Source: Candidatus Bathyarchaeia archaeon (lineage in GTDB: Archaea > Thermoproteota > Bathyarchaeia > 40CM-2-53-6). From it: a stretch of 64,000 nt of DNA. The notes under the pieces are model-generated. The model saw only the letters and a list, made by a program, of their open reading frames with translations. It was not told where the DNA came from and did not search any database. A program made the translations under genes and the position numbers. The stretch spans positions 203,859 through 267,858 of the forward strand of contig DASYWW010000062.1 in assembly GCA_035935655.1 (NCBI GenBank), written 5' to 3'. Shown here in pieces: positions 29,389 to 38,811 of the stretch; within the stretch, counting starts at the first letter, position 1; each line of letters begins with the position of its first letter.

Positions 29389-30252
29389 TCAGACCGGGAC
29401 TCGAAAGCCATCGTAGGCAAAGCGCAGCCGGTATTTCATGTACTTCTTCTCGAGTGCAAGATAGTCAGCATAGGAGCGCCCGTTCAATTCCTCAATATGG
29501 GTTGCAATAGCCAGGCGCGGATTGATCCTCTGAACTAGTTCAAGGGTTTCTTCGAAGGAGGCCTCTGACTGTCGAATCCAGTGTCCCGTTGGGATGATCT
29601 GTTCGCCTTGTTTATCGTGTTCAAACCATCCCGTCTCGAGGATAAGCACATCTGGCTCCAACAAATCATTTCCAGGATTCCAATCCTTGATCTCATCTAG
29701 GGCAAGTACGACTCGTTTCCCATTCTGTTCAACCAAGTACGATGCGAGACCGGGCTGAGTCATTCGGAATGCCTTGAGAGTAGTATTGCCGAGCTTGATC
29801 GCTTCGCCTTCTCCGAACTCGTGAGTCCTCACGATTCCCATCTTCTCGAAGAACTCGAAATGATCCTCTAGACCGAGCCTTTTTCGGAAATCTTCGCGGA
29901 CCCATGACGGCAGCCAGACGTCGGTGATCGTTTTCGTTCTTTTTCGAAGATTCAGATTGAGCTGCTCAAGAACTCGACGACCCATTGTATGATCAGGGTG
30001 CCAGTGACTGTAGGCAAGATGCGACACGTGATGAATGTTCTCCCTCTCTAGGCTGTGGGCGACATCCTCAGGAGTATCAAAGAGCAAGTCAGGACCCGTA
30101 AGGAAGACACTTGGCCCGTTACGAGAATATTTTCCAAGTCTTTGACGGGCCTCCGTGCATATTTCACACAAACATCCGACGCGAGGAGTACAGTCTGCAC
30201 CACCTGTCCCCAAGAATACAAGACTCAAATCGGCTGATCTTTTTGAATGCAA
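29389..30252 (-). CDS. Metallo-beta-lactamase-fold hydrolase
   Basis: HxHxDH motif (YSHWHPDHTMG) plus downstream Asp/His ligand pattern. An N-terminal CxxC pair is also present. Confidence 0.75.
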   Translation of the reverse strand: MHSKRSADLSLVFLGTGGADCTPRVGCLCEICTEARQRLGKYSRNGPSVFLTGPDLLFDTPEDVAHSLERENIHHVSHLAYSHWHPDHTMGRRVLEQLNLNLRKRTKTITDVWLPSWVREDFRKRLGLEDHFEFFEKMGIVRTHEFGEGEAIKLGNTTLKAFRMTQPGLASYLVEQNGKRVVLALDEIKDWNPGNDLLEPDVLILETGWFEHDKQGEQIIPTGHWIRQSEASFEETLELVQRINPRLAIATHIEELNGRSYADYLALEKKYMKYRLRFAYDGFRVPV

Positions 30253-30411
30253 GTTATCAGCGCTTGTCCTGACGAGACTTGTTCAAGTCACGATGCTTTC
30301 GCATAAAGTCCTCTATGACATCAAAATTGTTGCCTATGACCAATAGGATGGAGATTCTCAAGCGTTTCCCGCTGTAAATGGGACTCCTACCTTCTCCCAG
30401 TCCTGTTCCCG

Positions 30412-30948
30412 ATGACAAGACAGTACGCCCATGCCCAAATCGCGGTTGGGCCCAGAATAGATATTGGGCAAGGACAATTGGGGTCTGACTCGAAGAAACC
30501 CCCGAGGCCAAGGCACCGATTCAGTTTTTCAGGCCAGGGTAAGCAACCTGAAGGTTCTTCCACACCTCGCGCGGCCAACGTTACGAAGAATGATATTCTG
30601 AACAGCTTGACGAGACAGGCGCATCCTCAGGAACGACCAGTAAGGGCTCCTGAGATAGATGAAGCAACTCAGTTCCAGAACTCTGACCAAGTCCCTATTC
30701 ACGCCGGATCCCGAGGGCGAGGTTCTGCTCGTGGTGCACTGGTAATCTTTCTAGGAGGATTCCTTGCCGTCTGGCTATACGGATATGTTACAGGAGCCTA
30801 CGAAATACCATACTTGAGAGGGGTCACAGAAAGTCCAGAAGTTCAAGTGGGTGTTCAGCTGGTATCTTCGAACCCCATCCTGTCAGGGATCGTTTCCGCA
30901 TCCGTTCTACTTGGAGTCCTCTATCTCCGATATCGAAAGAAGATCTAG
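30412..30948 (+). CDS. Hypothetical protein with a C-terminal 2-TM region; start uncertain
   Basis: ORF plus hydrophobic C-terminus only. Confidence 0.3.
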   Translation: MTRQYAHAQIAVGPRIDIGQGQLGSDSKKPPRPRHRFSFSGQGKQPEGSSTPRAANVTKNDILNSLTRQAHPQERPVRAPEIDEATQFQNSDQVPIHAGSRGRGSARGALVIFLGGFLAVWLYGYVTGAYEIPYLRGVTESPEVQVGVQLVSSNPILSGIVSASVLLGVLYLRYRKKI

Positions 30949-31395
30949 TGTCTTTATCCTACTGAAGAACCGGAGCGAATCGTTGATGAATATCAGTCCC
31001 ACTCGTTTAGAAAGGCCTCGTGCTCGCCCCTAAGCTTAAGGAGACGCGCCTCTTCAGGGGGGATCCCTTTTGAATTCCTGTGCTTCGAGCAAGGGCTGTA
31101 GTCTGAAAGAAGGCTGGGTCGTTCTGTCAGGTCGTTCTCTGACTCTCCAAACTCGACTTGGTAGAAGCGGACCTTGCAGCCGCAATTGTATACTTCGATC
31201 TCCAGAGTGCTCAATCTCCTTTGAACCTCGCTTTTTTCGATCCAATGAACTATAGGTATTCGGATATTTAGATCAAGGGTTTGTACAGCAAAGCCTCGTC
31301 CACGCGACTCTCCACATTGAGCGATCCGGAAATCAGTATTCCGGGATATCCTTGTGGCTCGATTTCAACTTCTAATGATAAGCAATCTCTGGAAG

Positions 31396-32223
31396 TCACG
31401 TCGCTGCCACTTTTCTGGAAGGAAAATAGAGGTAAGCAGATCCTATCGCTACGAAAGCGTAAATGAAAACCCAAACGCCCGTCACCAGTACACTCGGGCT
31501 CTCGCTTGAGATGACGTCCCAGTGACTCCCGACGGCCAAGAGAGCAAGGCTTGGAAAGATCACGTCTAGCGGTAGCAGGACCCTGATTCTACCAATATCC
31601 GTCTGCAACGAGGCCCACGCAGTGGCGAGACACGTTGCAAGAAACAAACCTGCGAACATCTGCAGAGTGGGTGTTGCTACCCGCCAAGGCCAGAATTCCC
31701 GCTGGGCGATGTCAGGCAGCAACAGCATCATGATGCCAAACACCCCGACAACGACAGTTTGGATTCGGAAGAACCAACGGGCAGTCCTCCAGGGATGCCC
31801 TCCAACTAATCTGTCCTGAGGCTTCCGAGGCCAACCGTATCGGTTCAACAGGTAGAAATTGCCTAGACTCGCCACGAGGAAATATCCGATCCATATGGCG
31901 ATGATGTATCCGTCACCTTGCGAGGCCGCAAGGCCGATCGAGACGATTGATGTGATTCCGAAGAACGCTCCACCGACGAGCACGAGAATCTTAGCCCTCT
32001 GCCAGAGCTTAGCCCTAAGGGCAGACCAGCAACCGAAGGCTATCGCGAGGAATATTGCGCCGATGAACCGTATCGCCAAAGCTTTCACAGGCCAGAGCCA
32101 CAGGCTGATCACTAGGCTCGGATAGATGAAGAACAGAGTACCCATTACAAGGTTGACTTCTGAGAGAAAGAGGAGGAACAGCCTCGCGTCTCTACCGAGT
32201 TCAACTGGGCGCTTTGACGACAT
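31396..32223 (-). CDS. Polytopic membrane protein of unknown function (275 aa)
   Basis: Hydropathy (about 8 TM). Confidence 0.45.
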   Translation of the reverse strand: MSSKRPVELGRDARLFLLFLSEVNLVMGTLFFIYPSLVISLWLWPVKALAIRFIGAIFLAIAFGCWSALRAKLWQRAKILVLVGGAFFGITSIVSIGLAASQGDGYIIAIWIGYFLVASLGNFYLLNRYGWPRKPQDRLVGGHPWRTARWFFRIQTVVVGVFGIMMLLLPDIAQREFWPWRVATPTLQMFAGLFLATCLATAWASLQTDIGRIRVLLPLDVIFPSLALLAVGSHWDVISSESPSVLVTGVWVFIYAFVAIGSAYLYFPSRKVAAT

Positions 32224-32235
32224 GACAAGGCCAAG

Positions 32236-32655
32236 CTACGCGGACATGATGAGCCATGTTCCAGTACACTTTGCTATTACTTCCTGTCTCGCGTTTGTCA
32301 GAACCGCTTCAGTAAATGCGATCCGTCGGCCTCTCTTGGCAATCGTCCCCTCAGCAACTAATCGTCCCTTAATGTGAGGTCGCATGAAACTCATCTTCAA
32401 CTCAATGGTAGTCATGTCCTCGTCAGGCTTTAGCGTCGATGCCACCGCGATCCCCATCGCCGCATCCGCGATATCCACCATCACACCGCCGTGCATAGTC
32501 CCGGATAAATTGTGAAGGTGCTCGTCCACGTCCATTTCGAGAACCGCTTTGTTTTCTTCTATGTTGTGCACCCTGATCCCAAGCGTTCCAATCGCCGGGC
32601 TAGGCGGCTTGCCCGCCTTCCAGGCTGAGTAAACCTTGTCCCGGACTCCCTTCAT
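32236..32655 (-). CDS. PaaI/hotdog-fold acyl-CoA thioesterase
   Basis: The HGG-containing motif LSGTMHGGVMVDIADAAMGIA typical of PaaI/YbgC-type thioesterases. Confidence 0.75.
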   Translation of the reverse strand: MKGVRDKVYSAWKAGKPPSPAIGTLGIRVHNIEENKAVLEMDVDEHLHNLSGTMHGGVMVDIADAAMGIAVASTLKPDEDMTTIELKMSFMRPHIKGRLVAEGTIAKRGRRIAFTEAVLTNARQEVIAKCTGTWLIMSA

Positions 32656-32684
32656 GCCCGCGTCCCTCCATCTACCGGTCTAAT

Positions 32685-33074
32685 ATGAATTCAGATGAGG
32701 CTGTTCAAATTCGAAGCTTTATCTTCACTGACTCTACTCTGAGGTCAGAGATGTCAGAAAAGAAAAACATGAGAGACGAGGTGCGCCGCGAGGCCAAGGA
32801 AGCCCTTGAGGCCATGCGAAGAGATCTCCAACAATTGAGCAAGGACTTGGTTGTCGCAAGCAAGTCTCTGAAAACTTCAACAGAAAAGTTTGTGCAGGAC
32901 ACGGGTCCTAAGGTATCAGCTGGACTAGAAGAGACTGTGGAGACCTTTCGTCGGACCATGACCACGATCGACAAGCAGACCAAGCCTCAGCAGGCAAAGC
33001 TTCTCAGAACGTACAAGAAATTCCTTACAAAACAAGTAGACTTCATAGAGAAAAGGCTCAAGCAGACAGAATAG
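32685..33074 (+). CDS. Hypothetical helical/coiled-coil protein (likely starts at the internal Met near 32751)
   Basis: Charged heptad-like sequence; no motif. Confidence 0.3.
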   Translation: MNSDEAVQIRSFIFTDSTLRSEMSEKKNMRDEVRREAKEALEAMRRDLQQLSKDLVVASKSLKTSTEKFVQDTGPKVSAGLEETVETFRRTMTTIDKQTKPQQAKLLRTYKKFLTKQVDFIEKRLKQTE

Positions 33075-34557
33075 ACCCTTCTCCTTTCTCAGAGCCTGAC
33101 GTTTCCCTGGGCTCTGGAGGCGCGCGGCCACGGAGAGGTAAGCGATTCTTCCGTCTGAAGTAGATGTACATTCCCATTCCCATTGCGACCCAAACAATTC
33201 CTAGTTCCCTGCCTAGCTCGTGCGTCAAGATTACCGCCACCCATATCGCGCTAGTCGCCAACAATCCGAGCAAGGGCAAGATGGGAAGTTCCAGCACCCC
33301 CGCTGCTCTCTTGAAACGAAGAGTTAGTGGGACCCGATAGGGCCTGAACCGAGGTCTGTCGGTGTTCCTAGTAACAAGTAGGCTGGCATGCGCTGATACG
33401 TACGCAACTAGAGCTCCGACATTGTACAAGCTTCCCAAGAGCACTAGCGGATCCTCAGACCCGGTGAAGCTGCCAAATGAAGCGAAGGCTACCAGAATAA
33501 TGCTTCCCAATCCAAAGACTAGAATCGCGATCCAGGGCGTTCTAAACTTGGAGTGTATTGCTCCAAATTTTCCTGGAAGCATCTTGTACTTTGATAGTGC
33601 GTAAAGAGTCCTCGAAGACCCTATGATTCCGGCGTTTGCTCCGATAATGCTAATCGAGCATCCTAGGAGTGCTATCCATATGGCTATCAGAGATCCTGCC
33701 CCAGGGAGACTTCTCGCCACCCCCGATAGAGGGTCATTCTTGAAAGTAGTTGAAAGTGTCATTGGTGGGACAACATTCACGGCTACAATTGAGATCAACA
33801 GGTAGAGAACTACTACCGACCCAAGCGTTGCCATAACCGCTCTAGGAACCGTGCGTCCCGCGACCTTGGTCTCCTCCGCCGCTTGAGCGAGTGCTTCTAT
33901 TCCAAGGTACGAGACCATGGCAAGGGTAATTCCTTGGACAAACTCGGGCAAGGTTGGGTTCGTGAAGAGTTGGAAGCTCGAAGGCCAACTGAACAGGAGA
34001 CCGCCGGGGATCAGAACTAGAACGAGGCCTAGAATAATCAACGCGACCTCGCTAACTATGTCCAAGAGAGCGAGGCCGAGGGTGAAGTTGACCGATTCTC
34101 GAATACCAATGACGTTGAGAAAGACCAACGCTCCCAAGAGAAGAATCGCGCCGATTCCGAGCCAGAACGGTTCGTTTAGAGCAGCATCGAAGTAGGAGAG
34201 GTAAGCAATGGCGGGAATAGCGAATATTGCCGCTGTCACGACATAGTCTAGGCAGAGCATCCAGCCGGCGAGAAATCCGATATTGTCCCCGAATGCTGCC
34301 TGTGCGAACGTTGCTGAACCTCCAGCTCTCGGATAGGTTGACGATAATTCAGCATAGGTCAATCCGGTAAGGACATACGCGATAGCCGCGGCGCCGATGG
34401 CTAGTGGCGTTGCATAGCCTGCATGTATCGATACCAGTCCTAGTGCGAGATAGATTCCTGCTCCGACGTCTGCATACCCGATAGAGAAGAGTCCGCCTAT
34501 TCCAATAGTCCTCTTCAGTCCCCTTCGTCGAGCTGGTTTCTCGGGAGTCTGGGTCAA
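33058..34557 (-). CDS. APC-superfamily amino-acid/polyamine permease (499 aa)
   Basis: 12-TM pattern with APC-like conserved Gly/Pro positions (GSATFAQAAFG...). Confidence 0.85.
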   Translation of the reverse strand: MTQTPEKPARRRGLKRTIGIGGLFSIGYADVGAGIYLALGLVSIHAGYATPLAIGAAAIAYVLTGLTYAELSSTYPRAGGSATFAQAAFGDNIGFLAGWMLCLDYVVTAAIFAIPAIAYLSYFDAALNEPFWLGIGAILLLGALVFLNVIGIRESVNFTLGLALLDIVSEVALIILGLVLVLIPGGLLFSWPSSFQLFTNPTLPEFVQGITLAMVSYLGIEALAQAAEETKVAGRTVPRAVMATLGSVVVLYLLISIVAVNVVPPMTLSTTFKNDPLSGVARSLPGAGSLIAIWIALLGCSISIIGANAGIIGSSRTLYALSKYKMLPGKFGAIHSKFRTPWIAILVFGLGSIILVAFASFGSFTGSEDPLVLLGSLYNVGALVAYVSAHASLLVTRNTDRPRFRPYRVPLTLRFKRAAGVLELPILPLLGLLATSAIWVAVILTHELGRELGIVWVAMGMGMYIYFRRKNRLPLRGRAPPEPRETSGSEKGEGSILSA

Positions 34558-34638
34558 AAGAAGAGTTCCTCTAGGATCTCCTGAGGTATAGAAACGGGTT
34601 CCCGGATCCCCGCGCTAATATGGCTTAACGTTCGATGG

Positions 34639-35406
34639 CTACTTTCGAGCATCAAGCTCCGGTAGAAGCTCGTAGAATTTCTCCTGAACGTCTGAGATAA
34701 GCTGGTCGCGCTTAGCGGGATTTGTTATCCTGAGCATAAGCACGAGATGAGCCTGTTGGGATGTCACCTGTGTGACCCTTACCTGGGGAGGAGCATCAGG
34801 TACAAGGTCGGTCTTCATTTCTTGGCCAATTTCGAGCAGGTTTTTCTCAACACTCTTCAGGTCATACTTGCTGTCGACAGTTACTGGGATCTGGACCCGC
34901 AAGCCGCCTGATCGGCTTCTGTTTATGACAGACCTCTTCAATAGGGTGGAATTCGGAACGATCACGATCTCGTTGTCCGGAGTCAGAATCTTCGTTTGTA
35001 TCAGGTTCCTCTCAAGGACCCTGCCATAGTGGTCCTGGACCTCTATCCATTCTCCGACTTTGAAGGACTGGTAGGTGGAGATGAACTGGGACGCAGCCAT
35101 GTCCGTGAGAATATTCCTATAGGCCACAATTATCGCCACCCCTCCAAGGAACAATATGAGGAGCAGTACGTTGATCGCTACCGAGAGCTGGCTTAGGACG
35201 ATGATTATCCCGAGGATCCAGATGGCCCAAGACCCGATCTGCTGAAGGCTGGCTACCAGTCCGGATGGAACCGATCCGGAGGCTCTCTGGATGATGATCC
35301 GATAGAAACGAACGATTAGGAAGGTGACGAGAAGGGTCACGACGACTTGGAGGAGATCGATGGCGAAGCTGCTCGTCAAAAGGTCGTAGATGGTTGGAAT
35401 AGCCAT
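34639..35406 (-). CDS. Small-conductance mechanosensitive channel (MscS family)
   Basis: 3 N-terminal TM helices plus the MscS beta-domain signature (KVGEWIEVQDHYGRVLERNLIQTKILTPDNEIVIVPNS). Confidence 0.8.
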   Translation of the reverse strand: MAIPTIYDLLTSSFAIDLLQVVVTLLVTFLIVRFYRIIIQRASGSVPSGLVASLQQIGSWAIWILGIIIVLSQLSVAINVLLLILFLGGVAIIVAYRNILTDMAASQFISTYQSFKVGEWIEVQDHYGRVLERNLIQTKILTPDNEIVIVPNSTLLKRSVINRSRSGGLRVQIPVTVDSKYDLKSVEKNLLEIGQEMKTDLVPDAPPQVRVTQVTSQQAHLVLMLRITNPAKRDQLISDVQEKFYELLPELDARK

Positions 35407-35439
35407 AGTAGCCTTGCAAGACCTTGGTTATGATCGAGC

Positions 35440-36111
35440 TTAGGCTGATTCACTTGATCTTAAGAGTTCCACGGTTCGTGCCACTGATGACGCGTCGCCT
35501 AAAAGCAACACCTTGTCCCCTGATTTCAACTCAAGCTCGGGCTCGGGAAAGACGAAACCATCGTCCCTGCAGACGAGGCCAACCCTGCATTTCTCAGGCA
35601 ACGGTATTTCGTGAATTTTCTTGCCTATGAGAGACGCGTTCAAAGGAATAACGGCTTCTGCCACCCGCAGGTTTTCCGCAGATCGATACATGAGCGTAAT
35701 GGAGTGGTCCTTCGAGAGGACGTTCTCAAAGTCGCGAAGGGCTAGATCAACAGGGCAGATTACGACGTCAGCTCCGGCCTGCATAAGCCGTGTCTTGTTC
35801 TTGGGGCTGTTTGCAACCGCAATAACGCGGGGAACCCCGAAGTCTTTCTTCGCAGCCCTCGTTGTGGCAAGGTTCACTCGGTCATCATCGGTAGCGGCGA
35901 GCAACAAGTCAGCCTGTGAGGCGTCGGCCTTCTTCAGAATGTCTAGCTTCGACCCGTCTTCATTCAGTATGATTGCATCATACTTATCGGCGATATCCTT
36001 GCATCGTTCTCCCTTCTTCTCGATTACCGTAAGTTGGTTCTCATCGCTTGAAGATAAGTATCCGATGAGGTGCATTCCAATCCGTCCCGCTCCGACAATA
36101 AGTGTTCTCAC
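35440..36111 (-). CDS. trkA: TrkA/RCK-type NAD-binding K+ transport regulatory protein
   Basis: Rossmann motif MRTLIVGAGRIGMHL, and TrkA-N plus TrkA-C domain organisation. Confidence 0.8.
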   Translation of the reverse strand: MRTLIVGAGRIGMHLIGYLSSSDENQLTVIEKKGERCKDIADKYDAIILNEDGSKLDILKKADASQADLLLAATDDDRVNLATTRAAKKDFGVPRVIAVANSPKNKTRLMQAGADVVICPVDLALRDFENVLSKDHSITLMYRSAENLRVAEAVIPLNASLIGKKIHEIPLPEKCRVGLVCRDDGFVFPEPELELKSGDKVLLLGDASSVARTVELLRSSESA

Positions 36112-36460
36112 CGGCTGATTTCCAACTCGTGTTCAGGAATGTAGGTAATCGTTGAAGGTGGCTGGGTCGGACCGAGTAATAAGCTTCCGTTCTCAAGAGA
36201 GGTCTGAAGATCGTCATCACGCTCAAGGTCCGTTCAGGATTCGGCTGAAACGATCCCTTTTCCAGGATCGAAGCCGTATTTCGTGTATAACGAAATGACG
36301 CGGGAAGCAAACTCGAAGACACCGCCATTTAGGCGATCATAGCCCATGAAAGAGGACATTCGGGCAGAATCCACGCTTTATTTCCCGGATTCGCCTTGAA
36401 ATATGATGAAGTAGGTCAGTGAAAAAAGAGAGAACGTGGGACGCGGGTCCCACTAGTCAC

Positions 36461-36856
36461 CTACATCTGAACCGGGTTTGGCCCGGAATTGTGGGCAGTT
36501 GGACTGTCGTGATCCTTGTGAAGTAAGTCGTAGTGAGTATTGCAGAGGTTCCTGGCGCAAGCGGAGCAGAATTGAGTTGCTCGTTGAGTGCAATGGGTCT
36601 CTCGTTCCATTCGCTCCTCGCTGGTGATTCCGAAGCCGCCGATATCTCCCACTTCGATCTCTTCACAAGTCTTGAAATCGGGACTGGGGACTGGCGCTGT
36701 AATTGGGGTCGGTCTGATGGCCGCTCTTGTTCGGGGTGTTCGGGCTTTCTTGGGTTTTGCTCTTGTCTTATGTCTCGATTTTGTCTTCGCCTTGGCTTTG
36801 TTCTTAGCTTTCATGGTTGGGTCGCTAGGACAGTTGACTGGGCTAATGATAGCCAA
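36461..36856 (-). CDS. Hypothetical protein with a Lys/Arg-rich N-terminal tail and a C-terminal Cys/His cluster (possible zinc finger)
   Basis: KAKNKAKAKTKSRHKTRAKPKKARTPRTRAA... then C-x7-C-x2-C-x4-C..H..H..H. The opposite strand also carries long ORFs, so whether this is coding is uncertain. Confidence 0.3.
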   Translation of the reverse strand: MAIISPVNCPSDPTMKAKNKAKAKTKSRHKTRAKPKKARTPRTRAAIRPTPITAPVPSPDFKTCEEIEVGDIGGFGITSEERMERETHCTQRATQFCSACARNLCNTHYDLLHKDHDSPTAHNSGPNPVQM

Positions 36857-36930
36857 CGTCTAACCCTAACGATGAGAATCAGGTAACACAACTCCGGTTT
36901 CGCTGAGAGCGGGTTCGGGAAGAGCTGCTT

Positions 36931-37499
36931 ATGGTCGGAAGAAGAACTCGTAATACACAAATCTTGCTAAGACGCGATCGAAACAAAGGGTTAGGATTGG
37001 TTGGCCTCGATTCAGATGTCAGAATCATCCGAGCAGCGCCTAGCGATCTTGACACAGTTCTAGAGATTCTGGAAGAAGCCTCGCGGTGTTATCTTCGAAA
37101 GGGTGTGAAACCCAGTGGCGGTCCAGCCCGACTTTCCGACAGACCATCAAAGACAATATTGAACGCGGCGAAGTATACGTTGCGAAGGACGTCAAAAAGA
37201 CCGTCGGGACAATCACTCTTCAATGGAGCGACCAGAAGTTCTGGGGCGAACAGCCACTCGATGCTGTATACATCCATAAACTTGCGATAAGGCGCTCCCA
37301 CGCAGGCAGACGTCTCGGACTCCGAATGATACAATGGGCTGAGTCGAAAGCGCGAACGGAAGGAAAGAGATACCTGCGGCTTGACTGTCTCGCTGGCAAC
37401 AAGACAATTCGTGAATACTACGAGAAGGAAGGATTTATCCACGTAAGAGACAACGACGCTCCCGGCTGGAATGCTAGCCTCTACGAGAAGAAGCTCTGA
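36931..37499 (+). pseudogene. GNAT N-acetyltransferase interrupted by a 1-nt frameshift near 37105-37115 (either a pseudogene or an assembly/sequencing error)
   Basis: The GNAT N-terminal half (VRIIRAAPSDLDTVLEILEEASRCYLRKGV) is in frame 1. The C-terminal half with motif A (IHKLAIRRSHAGRRLGLRMIQWAESKA) is in frame 0. The junction lies in the homopolymer-containing stretch gggtgtgaaaccc. Confidence 0.5.
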
Positions 37500-37501
37500 C
37501 T

Positions 37502-38665
37502 CTACGAGGGATGGAGAACGTTCTTCGAAATGATTAACCTCATAATCTCAGAGGTACCCTCCCCTACTGTCATCAATCTCGCGTCTCGCCAATGACGGTG
37601 AACATCAAACTCGTCGGCGTATCCATAGCCCCCGTAGATCTGAATTGCCTCATCGCACACCTTGAGCGCATTCTCGGTGGCGAGTAACTTGCCCTGCGCG
37701 GCCTCTGACTCGAACGGTTTTCCCTGACTTTTCAGGTGCGCCGCACGGTAAACCATCATCCGTGAGGCGTTGATCATCGTCAACATGTCCGCAAGTTTCG
37801 CTTGAGTCATCTCGAACTCGGATAACGTCTTTCCGAACGCCGTCCTCTCTTTGCTGTACTTTACTGCTTTTTCGAACGCCGCCTGAGCAATTCCGGTCGA
37901 TAGTGCTCCGATTGTCACTCGTCCACCCCACAGCATTCTCTTAGCGTACTCGAATCCTTCTCCTTCTGTTCCCACCAGATTCTCTCTCGGGACCTTTGCG
38001 TTTTCGAACACTACCTCCGACGTGACTGATCCTCTTACCCCGAGTTTCTCAATGTCTTTGCTCGACTTCGCCTTCTTTGAGTCTACCAGAAATGCAGAGG
38101 GACCTTTAGCGGTCTTGGCGAAAAGAAAATACAGGTCACAGTAGCCGCCGTTCGTAGTGAACATCTTCGTGCCGTTAACTATCCATTCGTTGCCCTCCAT
38201 CCGAGCCTGTGTCTGCATGTTCCGCGCGTCCGATCCTGCACCAGGTTCGGTCAGAGAAAACGCGGCGAAAGTTTTACCGTTGATCATTCCAGGAAGGAAC
38301 TGCTTCTTCTGCTCTGGATTACTGAACTGACGTACACCTTCACAACATGTTCCATGAATCGCTAAGGAAAGAGCCGTGCTAGCGCAGGCCTTGCCGACCA
38401 TCTCCATGGCCGCAACATATACTGGCCATGGAAGCTCGAGGCCCCCGTATTCTTTAGGAAAACCCATGCTTGTGAAGCCCTGCTCAAACATCTTTGTGAT
38501 GTTCTCGCGCGGAAACTGAGCGTTCACGTCGATCTCTCGCGCGGTAGGCTCGATCTCTTTCTCGATAAAGTCCCCAAGGGAGTCTAGGAGAAGAAGATGG
38601 TCCTCAGCGCTGGATCCGTAAATCATCTGGATGAGTTCTTTCTGCGTGTCACCGAAGAAACCCAC
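37502..38665 (-). CDS. Acyl-CoA dehydrogenase
   Basis: Acyl-CoA-dehydrogenase family similarity across all three domains; C-terminal catalytic-base region (TVGEGTSEIMRLIIS). Confidence 0.9.
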   Translation of the reverse strand: MGFFGDTQKELIQMIYGSSAEDHLLLLDSLGDFIEKEIEPTAREIDVNAQFPRENITKMFEQGFTSMGFPKEYGGLELPWPVYVAAMEMVGKACASTALSLAIHGTCCEGVRQFSNPEQKKQFLPGMINGKTFAAFSLTEPGAGSDARNMQTQARMEGNEWIVNGTKMFTTNGGYCDLYFLFAKTAKGPSAFLVDSKKAKSSKDIEKLGVRGSVTSEVVFENAKVPRENLVGTEGEGFEYAKRMLWGGRVTIGALSTGIAQAAFEKAVKYSKERTAFGKTLSEFEMTQAKLADMLTMINASRMMVYRAAHLKSQGKPFESEAAQGKLLATENALKVCDEAIQIYGGYGYADEFDVHRHWRDARLMTVGEGTSEIMRLIISKNVLHPS

Positions 38666-38811
38666 ACGATTGACCTCTAGGAAACTCCTTTTTTGGAAGC
38701 TCCGGTTTATACCTTAGCCAAGAACCGGATCTTGATTGAGAGCGACATACGAGAGTTCCATACTCCTAAAATCGGAACATCGTTAGTCTAACCAATAATG
38801 GAGTTCGAGAC

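Noticed and set aside
30949-31395. Cluster of 60-73-aa ORFs on both strands (for example 30993..31214, Cys-containing)
   Set aside because: The ORFs overlap one another. None has a recognisable motif or a convincing start context. The region is left unannotated.
35621-36118. 165-aa ORF on the plus strand
   Set aside because: It is antisense to trkA (35440..36111).
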